Source of the DNA: Patescibacteria group bacterium
GTDB taxonomy: Bacteria > Patescibacteriota > Patescibacteriia > UBA10025 > JBIOWE01
Direction: 5' to 3'
Assembly (NCBI GenBank): GCA_044868145.1
Contig: JBIOWE010000006.1
Span: 78,558 to 142,557, forward strand
Length of the DNA: 64,000 nucleotides
The notes below the pieces were generated by a model. That model saw nothing but the letters and a program-made list of their open reading frames with translations, was not told where the DNA came from and did not search any database. Position numbers and translations under genes: made by a program. Shown in pieces: positions 43,929-53,335 of this stretch; the stretch's first letter is position 1, and every line of letters starts with the position of its first letter.

Positions 43929-44990
43929 ATGACTTCACCAGGTAAGGACAAAGAATTCATTTGGGGCAAGAAGCGGAATAAAACGTGGATCCTCATCGTT
44001 GCGATTGCCGTGCTTGCTGTTGCCGCGCTCGTTGGTGGGGTTTTGTATTTTGGGAAAAAGACAGGGAAGCCGCAGGAGAATGCCAACACGACCAACAATC
44101 TCGTGAGACGGGCTATTGACGGCGTATTGGTCGAACCAGACCAGGCGAATTTCTACCCGGTTGCCGTGATGATTGAAAATCTCGTGTCTGTTCGCCCGCA
44201 GTCAGGCCTTAGCCATGCAAATGTTGTGTACGAAGCTCTCGCGGAAGGCGGCATTACCCGCTTTATGGCCGTTTTTGCGGGCAAGTATGATATAGCGATG
44301 ATTGGACCAGTCCGATCCAGCCGTTTGTACTATCTGGATTGGGCAAAGGAGTTGAACGCCCTGAACGCGCACGCTGGCGGCAGTCCCGAGGCGATATCCG
44401 CAATCAAGAAATACAGCATTATCGATTTAGATCAGTTTTACAACGCTCAATATTTCTGGCGGGATAAAGACCGTGCAGCGCCCCATAACCTGTTCACGTC
44501 CTCACAATTGCTCGCGTTCGCTTTGCGCGATAAAAAGATCGCACAAGAAGGGTCCTATGACAGGTGGCTTTTTAAAGACGATGCAGCTCTGCTTGAGCGG
44601 CCCGCAGACGCAAAAACAATAACGATTGATTTTTCCACGTTTAATTATAAGGTGGAGTACCAATACGACCGAGAACAAAATGATTATAAGCGATTCCAAG
44701 CAGGCCAGCCGCATGTTGATCGGGATGGTACGGTTATTCGCACAAAGAACGTAGTCGTTCAATATGTAAAAACGCGACTGGCCGATGAGCAGCGGTTGTC
44801 TATGGAAACGATTGGCGAAGGAGACGTGATTGTATTCCGTGATGGCAATGCCACGCTCGGGAGATGGAAAAAAACTGCGCGAGAAGAACGAACGCGCTAT
44901 TATGACACAAACGGCAATGAAGTATCGCTCAATGCTGGAACTACCTGGGTGGAGGTTGTTCCCTCGGATCGGACCATACAATATAATTGA
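43929..44990 (+). CDS. DUF3048 (YerB-like) exported protein
   Basis: PVAVMIEN, RPQSGL, VYEALAEGGITRF, GPVRSSR, HAGGS, APHNLF, GTTWVEV. Confidence 0.9.
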   Translation: MTSPGKDKEFIWGKKRNKTWILIVAIAVLAVAALVGGVLYFGKKTGKPQENANTTNNLVRRAIDGVLVEPDQANFYPVAVMIENLVSVRPQSGLSHANVVYEALAEGGITRFMAVFAGKYDIAMIGPVRSSRLYYLDWAKELNALNAHAGGSPEAISAIKKYSIIDLDQFYNAQYFWRDKDRAAPHNLFTSSQLLAFALRDKKIAQEGSYDRWLFKDDAALLERPADAKTITIDFSTFNYKVEYQYDREQNDYKRFQAGQPHVDRDGTVIRTKNVVVQYVKTRLADEQRLSMETIGEGDVIVFRDGNATLGRWKKTAREERTRYYDTNGNEVSLNAGTTWVEVVPSDRTIQYN

Positions 44991-45023
44991 CGATTCGAGG
45001 ATAGAAAACCTTAGCTAAAAAAA

Positions 45024-46151
45024 ATGGATAAAACAAAAAAACAAACAAACAATCAACCGACAAACACGGCACTCTACAAGGGGTTGACGCTCGTGATATT
45101 TCTTCTTGCAGGAACCCTTGTGTCGTGGCTTATCGTGCACGCATACACTGCCGCAGTTGGCGATGCGGTAAGTTTTTATTTTGAAGAGGGTAATGTTTCT
45201 CACGTTGCAACCGCTGAAGGTATACAAACGACGCAACCCGCTCGCTTACTCGACGGTGTGCTCGTTCCTTCTGACCAAACATCGTATTGGCCATACGCCG
45301 TGATGATCGAAAACTTGCTTTCGGTTCGCCCGCAATCCGGGTTGTCGCAAGCGTCCGTGGTGTATGAGACCCTTGCGGAAGGAGGCGCCACGCGCTTTAT
45401 GGCAGTGTTCGATCCGTCGGAGGTGATGCCAGAAATTGGGCCGGTGCGCTCCAGTCGTCCCTATTACCTTGAATGGGCGTCAGAATATGCAGCGCTCTAT
45501 GCGCATGCGGGTGGCAGTCCGAAGGCGCTGACGGTTATCCGCGAGAACAGCGATTTGTCTAAGCAGAACCTGGAAGCGCTCGGACGCGACGGCGTGTACT
45601 TTTGGCGCGACCACGGTATTAGCGCGCCGCATAATTTATTCACGTCGTCAGAAAAAATGAACTTCGCCCTTCGGGACAAAGGATTCGCGGACCAAACCGC
45701 ATCGTTTCAGCCATGGCTCTTCAAGAACGACGCAGCTTTGGCAGATCGCGGGCAAGACGGAAAAACGGCGACGTTCAATTTTTCTTATGGGTTAACGTAT
45801 AAAGTTGGTTTTCAATATAACCGTGAGCGTAATGTGTATCTGCGATTCAACGCGGACCAGCCACACACCGATAAAAACACCGGCAAGCAAATTGAAGCGA
45901 AAAACGTGATTGTACAACTTGTTGAAGAACCCCAATTGGTCGGGGAAAAAGGACGACTGGACATCTATGTCGGTGGAACCGGCAAAGCTTGGATTTTCCG
46001 CGATGGCCAAGTGATTCCTGCCACATGGAAAAAAACCGAGCGCACCGAGCGGACACGTTTCTATGACGCTGACGATAAGGAAATAGAGCTGAACAGTGGG
46101 AACACGTGGGTTCAGGTTTTATCGAAGACGCAGGACGTTACCTATGAATAA
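45024..46151 (+). CDS. DUF3048 (YerB-like) exported protein, tandem paralog
   Basis: Same motifs: AVMIEN, RPQSGL, AEGGATRF, GPVRSSR, APHNLF, GNTWVQV. Confidence 0.9.
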   Translation: MDKTKKQTNNQPTNTALYKGLTLVIFLLAGTLVSWLIVHAYTAAVGDAVSFYFEEGNVSHVATAEGIQTTQPARLLDGVLVPSDQTSYWPYAVMIENLLSVRPQSGLSQASVVYETLAEGGATRFMAVFDPSEVMPEIGPVRSSRPYYLEWASEYAALYAHAGGSPKALTVIRENSDLSKQNLEALGRDGVYFWRDHGISAPHNLFTSSEKMNFALRDKGFADQTASFQPWLFKNDAALADRGQDGKTATFNFSYGLTYKVGFQYNRERNVYLRFNADQPHTDKNTGKQIEAKNVIVQLVEEPQLVGEKGRLDIYVGGTGKAWIFRDGQVIPATWKKTERTERTRFYDADDKEIELNSGNTWVQVLSKTQDVTYE

Positions 46152-46181
46152 TGATTCTTTGTAGCTCAACAATGCAAAAAG

Positions 46182-46214
46182 AAAAAAGCCATAGGGTTAT
46201 TCCTATGGCTTTTT
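46182..46214. terminator. Bidirectional terminator
   Basis: aaaaaagccatagg-gttatt-cctatggcttttt between convergent genes. Confidence 0.8.
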
Positions 46215-46231
46215 GGTATTCTCCTGAGAGA

Positions 46232-46669
46232 TTAATCGGGTTGTGGCAGTTGACATTTGCAGACTGAGGGACGTGCGTGCAACGTAGGACCGTCGGGTCC
46301 TTCTTGCAGAACATATGCAATGCCGTCCACTGGATTTGGCCAAAACAGAATGTCGAGAAACTCACTCAGCGTGAGCTTGTCAACACGCAAGACTTTTGGT
46401 CCGTATAATGTGAAGGAAACAGACGGCTTATCCTTTTGCAAGTTGAACGACAGTTCCGTGAGCATCCCGGCATAAATCTTATCGCGGGTGTATATCCGTG
46501 TCAGAATTTGTAGTTCTGGGTCATTGGTAATAACCACTCTGCTTCGGCTGCTTACGCCCGGCTGCTTCAACAAATAGTCTGCTAACTTTTCAGCTGCCAT
46601 TGATTTGGAGGTAGCAACTGATACCTCTTGCCACAAAGCGATAACCTCTTGGAAGTTTTGAAGGATCAT
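46232..46669 (-). CDS. Hypothetical protein
   Basis: ATG at 46669 preceded by an AGGAGGTG SD; ends just before the bidirectional terminator. Confidence 0.6.
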   Translation of the reverse strand: MILQNFQEVIALWQEVSVATSKSMAAEKLADYLLKQPGVSSRSRVVITNDPELQILTRIYTRDKIYAGMLTELSFNLQKDKPSVSFTLYGPKVLRVDKLTLSEFLDILFWPNPVDGIAYVLQEGPDGPTLHARPSVCKCQLPQPD

Positions 46670-46829
46670 GCTGCACCTCCTTAAGTAGGATGAGGATAGC
46701 ATGCGGGGGCTTCGTATGCAAGATGTCTTTTAAAGCCACTTCAGTGCAATCAAGGCTTCATCAAGTCAATCAATGGCTCACAGGATCAATGTCGCTTAAT
46801 GCAATTTTTCGTTATGTGGGTAAGAGCCC

Positions 46830-46858
46830 TTGACAAAATGTAACAAGTTTGCTAAAAT
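46830..46858 (+). promoter_or_regulatory. Sigma70 promoter with extended -10
   Basis: TTGACA-17 nt-TAAAAT, preceded by TG. Confidence 0.75.
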
Positions 46859-46971
46859 ACCGTGATTAAATAAAAAACAAACTTTATCAAGGAGGAAAAA
46901 ATGTAGTTTGAAAAATCAAACACAGGAATAAGCAACCAAACCTTAAACCTTTTTTACGAGGAGGTCCCGAA

Positions 46972-47952
46972 ATGGGCTATATTATCATTGTAATTTTGGC
47001 GGTTATCATTTTTATCATTCTCAGAAAGGTAAGTAGAAAATTGCTGAAGACAGGAGAAGATAAGGGTATCCGCGGCAAAGAGCGAGATGAGGATCATGAA
47101 GACATCCGGAAGGAACTGATTAGGACTGGTAAAATACTTCACGTAGCCGCTCCGGTATTTCTGGCTATAGTAGTTGTTTCCGCTACTCTGATCACGTCCA
47201 TTCATCAAGTCCCGGCGGGCCACATTGGTGTCGTCTATGAATTTAAGGCGATTAGGGGTCAAATAACCGAGGGGTTCCAGGTGATTGCTCCCTGGCGAAA
47301 AGTGCAGATCGCCAATGTCCAGGTGCAAAGCCACAAGATTGAACTCGTGGCTTTTAGCCAGGAAACGCAGGACGTTCGTGTAAAAGCAACGTTAAACATA
47401 AGAGTATCGCCGGATGCGATTCAGAAGCTCTTCCGTGAGGTTGGGCCAAACTACTTTGAGATAGTGGTCTTACCTCGAGTGTTGCAGAATTTTAAAGATG
47501 AGACGGTAAAATATAAGAGCGTAGACATAGCGCCAAGCAGGGAGCCTATTCGTAAAACAGTGCGTACCCGTCTTGAGGGTGAATTATCCTCGGCTTATTC
47601 TATTGAGGTAGTTGACCTTCTCCTTGATGATGTTGATTTCAACCCGAAGTTCAAGGAGGCTATCGAGAAGAAGCAGATCGCGACCCAGAATGCCCTTGAG
47701 GAACAGCAAAGAGTTGCTGTAGAAAAATACAAGGCTGACCAGGCCGTGGAGAAAGCAAAAGGCCAGGGTAATTCCATTCTTGTCGTAGCTGAGAAGCAGG
47801 CGGAGGCAAACAGAAAGCTGTCAGCATCCCTAACGCTCCAGCTTATTCAATATACAGCAATCCAGAAGTTGAGCGAGAATGTTCAAGTCATTATGCTGCC
47901 CTCCGGACAAAACATAATTCTGCCACCAGAAGTCTTAAAACCGGGTCGTTAA
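46972..47952 (+). CDS. SPFH/prohibitin (band 7) family protein
   Basis: VPAGHIGVV, EGF..IAPW, S.ETQDV, FKEAIEKKQIA, AEAN...SLT..LIQY..IQK. Confidence 0.92.
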   Translation: MGYIIIVILAVIIFIILRKVSRKLLKTGEDKGIRGKERDEDHEDIRKELIRTGKILHVAAPVFLAIVVVSATLITSIHQVPAGHIGVVYEFKAIRGQITEGFQVIAPWRKVQIANVQVQSHKIELVAFSQETQDVRVKATLNIRVSPDAIQKLFREVGPNYFEIVVLPRVLQNFKDETVKYKSVDIAPSREPIRKTVRTRLEGELSSAYSIEVVDLLLDDVDFNPKFKEAIEKKQIATQNALEEQQRVAVEKYKADQAVEKAKGQGNSILVVAEKQAEANRKLSASLTLQLIQYTAIQKLSENVQVIMLPSGQNIILPPEVLKPGR

Positions 47953-47974
47953 AACGACATCCGAGTTTACTAAT

Positions 47975-48014
47975 AGTCCCTTCAGAACTTCGATTCTGAA
48001 GGGACTTTTTATTT
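47975..48014. terminator. Intrinsic terminator
   Basis: agtcccttcagaa-cttcga-ttctgaagggact followed by a T tract. Confidence 0.8.
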
Positions 48015-48876
48015 AGCTAATAATCGCAACGCGGTCCATACCCGCCAGGTCCTGTTTAAAGGTCACTGTTCGATCTGGCAGATGGTGCTCCACGAGGTAT
48101 TCCAGTGCCTTTGTTTGTCGCGGTGAGATTTCAAGGAGGAGCACGCTTGACGGTGCGAGGACGCCGCTCGCTTGCATGAGTAGTCGCTCTATATATTCCA
48201 TGCCTAGCTTGCCTCCATAGAGTGCCTCTTTGGGTTCGTGAGGAACATTCGCAAGTTCGTCCTTTGTAAGGTAGGGAAGATTTGCGACAATAATATCTGC
48301 TTTTGCCCTGGTACCGTCCGGCCGCTTCACTCGTGCTAACGGCTTGACGAGGTCGCCGTGCAGAAACAGAATTTTGCTAAGCAGCTTATGAACCCTAGCG
48401 TTCTTTTTGGCAACTGTGAGTGCGCCGGGTGAACGGTCAATCGCAATGATTCTGGCAAATGGAACATATTTGGCAAGAACAATTGCAACGCAGCCAGAAC
48501 CAGTCCCAATATCGACAATGAGTGGAGGCGGTGTTCTCGACTTCATTGTTCTTGCCTGCTGAATCGTTTCATCAACCAGCAGCTCAGTTTCTGGCCGCGG
48601 GATCAGCACGCGTTTATCAACAAGAAATTCCAGACTGTAAAACTCTTTTTTCTTGATAAGATATGCGACCGGCTGGCCCTTAGCGCGCTTGGCGACCAGT
48701 ATCCGAAATTTTTTAATTTGTTTTGTTGTAAGACGTTGCCCAGTATGCGCAAGAAGCGATGCTCGGCTAATACGTAGGATAGAGGACAATAAAACTTCTG
48801 CGTCAAGATGAGCAGAAGGAATCTCATTGCCCCGAAGTTTTTCAACGGCTCTTGTGAGCGCTTCCTGTATGATCAT
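48013..48876 (-). CDS. prmC: Release factor glutamine methyltransferase
   Basis: [29 protein letters not shown]; downstream of prfA. Confidence 0.97.
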   Translation of the reverse strand: MIIQEALTRAVEKLRGNEIPSAHLDAEVLLSSILRISRASLLAHTGQRLTTKQIKKFRILVAKRAKGQPVAYLIKKKEFYSLEFLVDKRVLIPRPETELLVDETIQQARTMKSRTPPPLIVDIGTGSGCVAIVLAKYVPFARIIAIDRSPGALTVAKKNARVHKLLSKILFLHGDLVKPLARVKRPDGTRAKADIIVANLPYLTKDELANVPHEPKEALYGGKLGMEYIERLLMQASGVLAPSSVLLLEISPRQTKALEYLVEHHLPDRTVTFKQDLAGMDRVAIIS

Positions 48877-49925
48877 CGCTGTTTTTCTTTGTTTTTGAGC
48901 GATTCAATGATCGGTTGTAAGTCGCCGTCCATAGTTGCTTGAATATTATGAAAGCTTTCTTTAATGCGGTGATCTGTTATGCGGTCTTGGGAGAAGTTGT
49001 AGGTCCGAATTTTTTCCGACCGGTCGCCAGTGCCGATTTGGCTTTTGCGCGCCCGGGATTGCTCTTTGCGTTTTTTTTCTTCTGCTAAGGCAAGCAGCCG
49101 CGAGCGCAATACTTGCAGCGCTTTTTCCCTGTTTTGGCGTTGGGATCGTTCGTCTTGGCATTGGACGACAAGGCCCGTAGGCAGGTGCGTAATGCGAACA
49201 GCCGAGTAGGTTGTGTTGACGGATTGCCCGCCATGGCCCGACGAGGTTGTTGCCTCAATGCGTAAATCCTCGGGTTTGATTTCTATGTCCACGTCTTCCG
49301 CTTCCGGCAGCACAACAACGGTTGCCGTAGACGTGTGCACCCGGCCGCTTTTTTCCGTCTCTGGTACCCGTTGGACGCGGTGAACGCCGCTTTCATACTT
49401 AAGGACGCTATACACGTTGTTTCCATTTATTTCAAAAATAATTTCTTTCATACCTCCAATACCAGTACGGTTCGCGGCGATGAGATGCGTTGTCCAACCC
49501 TGGCGTTCCGCGAATTGCGAGTACATGCGAAACAACTGTGCCGCGAACAACGCTGCTTCATCGCCGCCGGTTCCTGCTCGAATTTCGATAATGATGTCCC
49601 GCTGGTCCAGAGGGTCGGCCGGGTGGAGGAATTCGTTTATCACGCTTTCTCGTTCTTGTTTTTTTTGCAAGAGGGAGCGCTCTTCGTCTCTCGCGATAGA
49701 CGCGAGCTCATCGTCTCCATCGGTCTCCATGGTCTTTTTGGTTTCCGCAAGCGCTGCCTCGATTTTCTTGAGTTCCTCAATATCACGAAGCACCCCGCCC
49801 AGTTCGTTATAGCGTTTCATTTTTTTTTGCAGAACGTGCGGCTGCGCCAATACTTCTGGATCTTGCAGGAGGCGCTCCAGCTCTTCGCGTTCCTTTTGTA
49901 AGTTGTTGATTTCTCGCGTTTCCAT
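48873..49925 (-). CDS. prfA: Peptide chain release factor 1
   Basis: [24 protein letters not shown] (PxT), [13 protein letters not shown]. Confidence 0.98.
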   Translation of the reverse strand: METREINNLQKEREELERLLQDPEVLAQPHVLQKKMKRYNELGGVLRDIEELKKIEAALAETKKTMETDGDDELASIARDEERSLLQKKQERESVINEFLHPADPLDQRDIIIEIRAGTGGDEAALFAAQLFRMYSQFAERQGWTTHLIAANRTGIGGMKEIIFEINGNNVYSVLKYESGVHRVQRVPETEKSGRVHTSTATVVVLPEAEDVDIEIKPEDLRIEATTSSGHGGQSVNTTYSAVRITHLPTGLVVQCQDERSQRQNREKALQVLRSRLLALAEEKKRKEQSRARKSQIGTGDRSEKIRTYNFSQDRITDHRIKESFHNIQATMDGDLQPIIESLKNKEKQR

Positions 49926-49990
49926 GGTTTTGATGAAAGAAAAATCCCTCCATTTGCATATGCAAAAAAGAGGGACTACGTTGAGCCTTG

Positions 49991-50233
49991 TTACTTCGCG
50001 TCGCGCTTTGTTCGTTTCTTGGAGAGTTCCTGTTTACGCTGTACCATTCGCTGGAATCGTTCCACACGCCCCCGGTCATCGACGAGCTTTTGTTTACCGG
50101 TGTAAAACGGATGACAATTTGAGCAAATTTCGGTGTGCATTTCTGCCAACGTTGAACCGACCGTGAACGTGTTGCCGCACGCGCAGGTTACCTTTGCTTC
50201 AGAGAAATAGGTTGGATGGATTGAGTTTTTCAT
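49991..50233 (-). CDS. rpmE: 50S ribosomal protein L31 (Zn-binding type)
   Basis: [30 protein letters not shown]. Confidence 0.98.
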   Translation of the reverse strand: MKNSIHPTYFSEAKVTCACGNTFTVGSTLAEMHTEICSNCHPFYTGKQKLVDDRGRVERFQRMVQRKQELSKKRTKRDAK

Positions 50234-50369
50234 ATTACGTACGCTCATAGTGTACCAGAATGACGCGTCTTGTCAAGATATCGTGGCCGGACAAAGACTT
50301 GTTTACCCATAAGGCACTTGCATATTTTATTCGATATGGTACTATGAGAACGCTCGAAAGAGCGATTAT

Positions 50370-50452
50370 CTCACATACTTTCTGACGACCCCATCCTGCC
50401 CAAATCGGCACGCGGGAAGAACGACGAAAGTAGCGGCTAAAAAAGGATTCCT
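50370..50452 (+). promoter_or_regulatory. Structured rpsB 5' leader (possible S2 autoregulatory RNA)
   Basis: tactttc...gaaagta enclosing stem with internal hairpins, upstream of rpsB. Confidence 0.35.
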
Positions 50453-51181
50453 ATGCAAGACATTACGCTTGTAGACATGCTACAACAAGGGGTTCACTTC
50501 GGACATCAAGAAAGCCGATGGCACCCCGGTATGAGGCCGTACATCCACTCTGTGCGAAACGGCATTCATATTATTGATTTAGAAAAAACAAAAGAAAAGC
50601 TGCTTGAAGCCTTGACGTTTGTGCGCGACATTGCCGCTTCAAACGGCACGATTCTGTTTGTTGGGACTAAGCGTCAAGCGCAGGCGGTTGTCGAAAAACA
50701 CAGCCGCGCGGTCGCAATGCCATTTGTTACACACCGGTGGATTGGTGGAACGTTGACGAATTTTTCCGTCATTCAGCAATTGATTCGTCGTCTAAAGAAT
50801 TTGAAACAGCAAGCGTCTTCGGGTGAACTGAAAAAGTACACAAAAAAAGAACAGCTTGATCTTCATCGGGAGATCGAACGGCTCGAAGAGGAGGTCGGAG
50901 GCATGCAGCAGATGGAACAGTTGCCGCAAGCGCTTTATGTGGTTGATATTAAAACAGAGAGGACCGCAGTTCGGGAAGCGCAGTCTAAGGGAATTCCGGT
51001 CGTGGCGCTCTGCGATTCAAACACAAATCCGACAATGGTAACGCACCCAATCCCCGCGAACGACGACGCGACAAAATCCATCGAGTTCATTACCAATTTG
51101 ATCGCCAAAGCGATCGAAGAAGGAAAAAAACACCCGAAACAGCCGGAGCCAAAGCCAACAGAAAAGAAGAAAGAGGCATAA
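50453..51181 (+). CDS. rpsB: 30S ribosomal protein S2
   Basis: GVHFGH..RWHP, ILFVGTKRQA, RWIGGTLTNF, IPANDDA. Confidence 0.99.
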   Translation: MQDITLVDMLQQGVHFGHQESRWHPGMRPYIHSVRNGIHIIDLEKTKEKLLEALTFVRDIAASNGTILFVGTKRQAQAVVEKHSRAVAMPFVTHRWIGGTLTNFSVIQQLIRRLKNLKQQASSGELKKYTKKEQLDLHREIERLEEEVGGMQQMEQLPQALYVVDIKTERTAVREAQSKGIPVVALCDSNTNPTMVTHPIPANDDATKSIEFITNLIAKAIEEGKKHPKQPEPKPTEKKKEA

Positions 51182-51184
51182 TCT

Positions 51185-51769
51185 ATGGCAGTGAATCAAG
51201 ACATTGTTACATTACGAGAGCGCACTGGTGCCGCCATCATGGATGCAAAGAAAGCACTTGAACAAGCAGGCGGCGACCTCGAGCAGGCTATTGGAATCCT
51301 CAAGAAGAAGGGGATGAAGATTGCGCAGGAAAAAAGCGGTCGTTTGGCAAAAGAAGGCACGATTGGATCCTACGTGCACGCGAACGGCAAGGTTGCCGCT
51401 TTGGTTCTCGTTTCATGCGAAACTGACTTCGTGGCGCGCACGCCAGAGTTTCAGGAACTGGCTCATGACATTGCCATCCAGGTCGCGGCAACAAATCCGC
51501 AATACGTGGCTCCTAACGACGTGCCTTCGGTCATTGTTGAAAAGGAACGACAGCTAATCATGGAGGAATTCAAGGGTCAAAAAAAACCCGTAGCCGTGCT
51601 GGAAAAAATTGTGCAGGGCCGGCTGGAAAAATTTTTCACTGAAGTTTGTTTAGTCAAGCAGCCGTTTGTGAAGGACGACACAAAAACAATTGAAGCATTG
51701 CTGCACGAAAAGACCGCACGATTAAAAGAGCATATTGAAATTAAGGATTTCAAACGACTCGCGCTATGA
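51185..51769 (+). CDS. tsf: Elongation factor Ts (short form)
   Basis: LRERTGA.IMDAKKAL, CETDFVAR, KIVQGRL, QPFVKDD. Confidence 0.97.
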   Translation: MAVNQDIVTLRERTGAAIMDAKKALEQAGGDLEQAIGILKKKGMKIAQEKSGRLAKEGTIGSYVHANGKVAALVLVSCETDFVARTPEFQELAHDIAIQVAATNPQYVAPNDVPSVIVEKERQLIMEEFKGQKKPVAVLEKIVQGRLEKFFTEVCLVKQPFVKDDTKTIEALLHEKTARLKEHIEIKDFKRLAL

Positions 51770-52656
51770 TTGCCGATTACATTGCGATCGGGCTTATCGT
51801 GGTGTGCTTGACGGTCATCACCATAATTGTTTCGAAAAAATTCCCGGTCCTCGCTTCGATCAACACGCGCGCACTCCCGAAGCATCGTCAAGAAACAGTT
51901 CGGAAAGAGCTGATGGAAAATAGGTTGCGCCGAAAATTCATTTCACTCAAGGATACGGCTCTCACGCAGGCAAAGCCATTGCAAGAGAAGATGCGCACAG
52001 CGTTAAAGGGTTTTTATGGAAAACTGGTGCAGCTCGAGCATGAGTATAAACTCAAGGCGAGGCAATTGGGACTGAACGAATCTGACGCGATAAAAGTCAA
52101 GGTACAGCGTCTTCTGAGTGACGCAAAAACTCTGATTGAACAGGAGGATTTGCGAGCCGCGGAGCAAAAATGCATCGAAGCAATTAGCCTTGATCCGAAA
52201 GAGGAAAAGGTCTATAAACTGCTGGGAGATGTGTATCTGCATATGAAGGATTATCAGCATGCAAAAGAAGTGTTGCATCATGTCTTGAAGCTTCATGAAA
52301 AAGATGCGGATGCCCACAGTGGCTTAGGCCTGATCGCAGCGCAAGAAGGCAACCTTGAGGAGGCACAACGAGAATACCTTGAGTCGGTCACCTTAAATAA
52401 TCAAATCGCGTCTCATCACGTTAACCTTGGCGAAACCTATTTGGCGCTTGGAGATATGAAGAAAGCAATCCAGTCTTTTCAGGAAGCGGTGCGCCTTGAG
52501 CCGAATAATCCGCGCAACCTTGATGTGCTGCTTACCGTCGCATTGAAAAGTAAGAATGTAACACTCGCCAAGGAAACACTTGAACGTTTGCGTGCAGTGA
52601 ATCCCGAGAACGAGAAGCTTGCAGGGTTCCAAGAGCAAATCCGGACTATGAAGTAA
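51766..52656 (+). CDS. Membrane-anchored tetratricopeptide-repeat protein
   Basis: N-terminal TM segment; repeated helical units (AISLDP, HVNLGETYLALG, AVRLEPNNP). Confidence 0.88.
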   Translation: MIADYIAIGLIVVCLTVITIIVSKKFPVLASINTRALPKHRQETVRKELMENRLRRKFISLKDTALTQAKPLQEKMRTALKGFYGKLVQLEHEYKLKARQLGLNESDAIKVKVQRLLSDAKTLIEQEDLRAAEQKCIEAISLDPKEEKVYKLLGDVYLHMKDYQHAKEVLHHVLKLHEKDADAHSGLGLIAAQEGNLEEAQREYLESVTLNNQIASHHVNLGETYLALGDMKKAIQSFQEAVRLEPNNPRNLDVLLTVALKSKNVTLAKETLERLRAVNPENEKLAGFQEQIRTMK

Positions 52657-52659
52657 CGC

Positions 52660-52774
52660 GCCGTTGTAGCTCCCCGTACAATCCTCATTTCACTCGGATT
52701 TACGGGGCAAGCAGTTGGCACCCCGCACAACGAATCGTTCCGCACGTCGTATGCAGGGCAAGGAGCAACTCCAT
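52660..52774 (+). pseudogene. 5' half of a tRNA-Thr(GGU)-like gene interrupted by two CCCCG...GGGCAAG hairpin inserts
   Basis: Removing 52672-52711 and 52721-52762 gives GCCGTTGTAGCTCAGTTGGCAGAGCAACTCCAT. Confidence 0.8.
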
Positions 52775-52779
52775 TACAT

Positions 52780-52855
52780 GCCGAGATAGCTCAGTTGGTA
52801 GAGCATCCCCATGGTAAGGGGAAGGTCACGAGTTCGATTCTCGTTCTCGGCTCCA
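52780..52855 (+). tRNA. tRNA-Thr(GGU)
   Basis: Acceptor GCCGAGA/TCTCGGC, anticodon arm TCCCC-AT GGT AA-GGGGA, TTCGATT T-loop, encoded CCA. Confidence 0.96.
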
Positions 52856-52856
52856 G

Positions 52857-52994
52857 TTTCAATCTACTAAAGCATGGCGACCTTGGAATGTCATATATAC
52901 TGAACGTTTTACAGCAAAAGCCGAAGCATATAAAAAAGAAAGACAGATAAAATCTTACAAGGGTGGCGAAGGGTTTAAAAAATTGTTGCGTTGA
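52857..52994 (+). pseudogene. C-terminal remnant of a small GIY-YIG endonuclease
   Basis: 52860-52994 reads QSTKAWRPWNVIYTERFTAKAEAYKKERQIKSYKGGEGFKKLLR*, aligning with STKLRTPFKLLYYEAF..ESDAREREKYFK of the 59447-59710 protein; no N-terminus. Confidence 0.85.
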
Positions 52995-53000
52995 GGCTGT

Positions 53001-53087
53001 GGGTGGATACCGAAGCGGTCAAACGGGCCTGACTGTAAATCAGGTGGCCTCCGGCCTTCGTAGGTTCGAATCCTACTCCACCCACCA
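53001..53087 (+). tRNA. tRNA-Tyr(GUA)
   Basis: GGGTGGA/TCCACCC acceptor, CCTGA-CT GTA AA-TCAGG, long variable arm, CCA. Confidence 0.97.
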
Positions 53088-53106
53088 TCGCGCTAGCTCA
53101 AATTTT

Positions 53107-53182
53107 GCCGAGGTAGCTCAGCCGGTAGAGCAACTGTTTTGTAAACAGTAGGTCGGAGGTTCGAATCCTCTCCTCGGCTCCA
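53107..53182 (+). tRNA. tRNA-Thr(UGU)
   Basis: GCCGAGG/CCTCGGC, ACTGT-TT TGT AA-ACAGT, GGAGG-TTCGAAT-CCTCT, CCA. Confidence 0.96.
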
Positions 53183-53198
53183 GGCGATCGGCAGGCGG

Positions 53199-53237
53199 GT
53201 AAACAGTAAGTCGTGGGTTCGAGTCCCACCTCCGGCT
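53199..53237 (+). pseudogene. Orphan 3' half of a second, divergent tRNA-Thr(UGU)
   Basis: GTAAACAGTAAGTC-GTGGG-TTCGAGT-CCCAC-CTCCGGCT, preceded by an element-end-like ggcgatcggcaggcgg. Confidence 0.8.
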
Positions 53238-53335
53238 TTGCAAAATTTGGGCGGATAGGGCGTCGGTTTCGCCCTACGGGCGATCACCCGAAGGGTAACG
53301 AATCTTCTCCGATATTAACTCCATTAACCTACACT

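Noticed and set aside
46745-46800. Weak caatcaa(t)ggct direct repeats between divergent genes
   Set aside because: Only two or three degenerate copies, too weak to call an operator without comparative data.
48873-49925. Alternative genetic code (UGA recoding)
   Set aside because: Core genes such as atpH, rplY, prfA and tsf end in TGA at the expected lengths, and all tRNA-Trp copies have a CCA anticodon.
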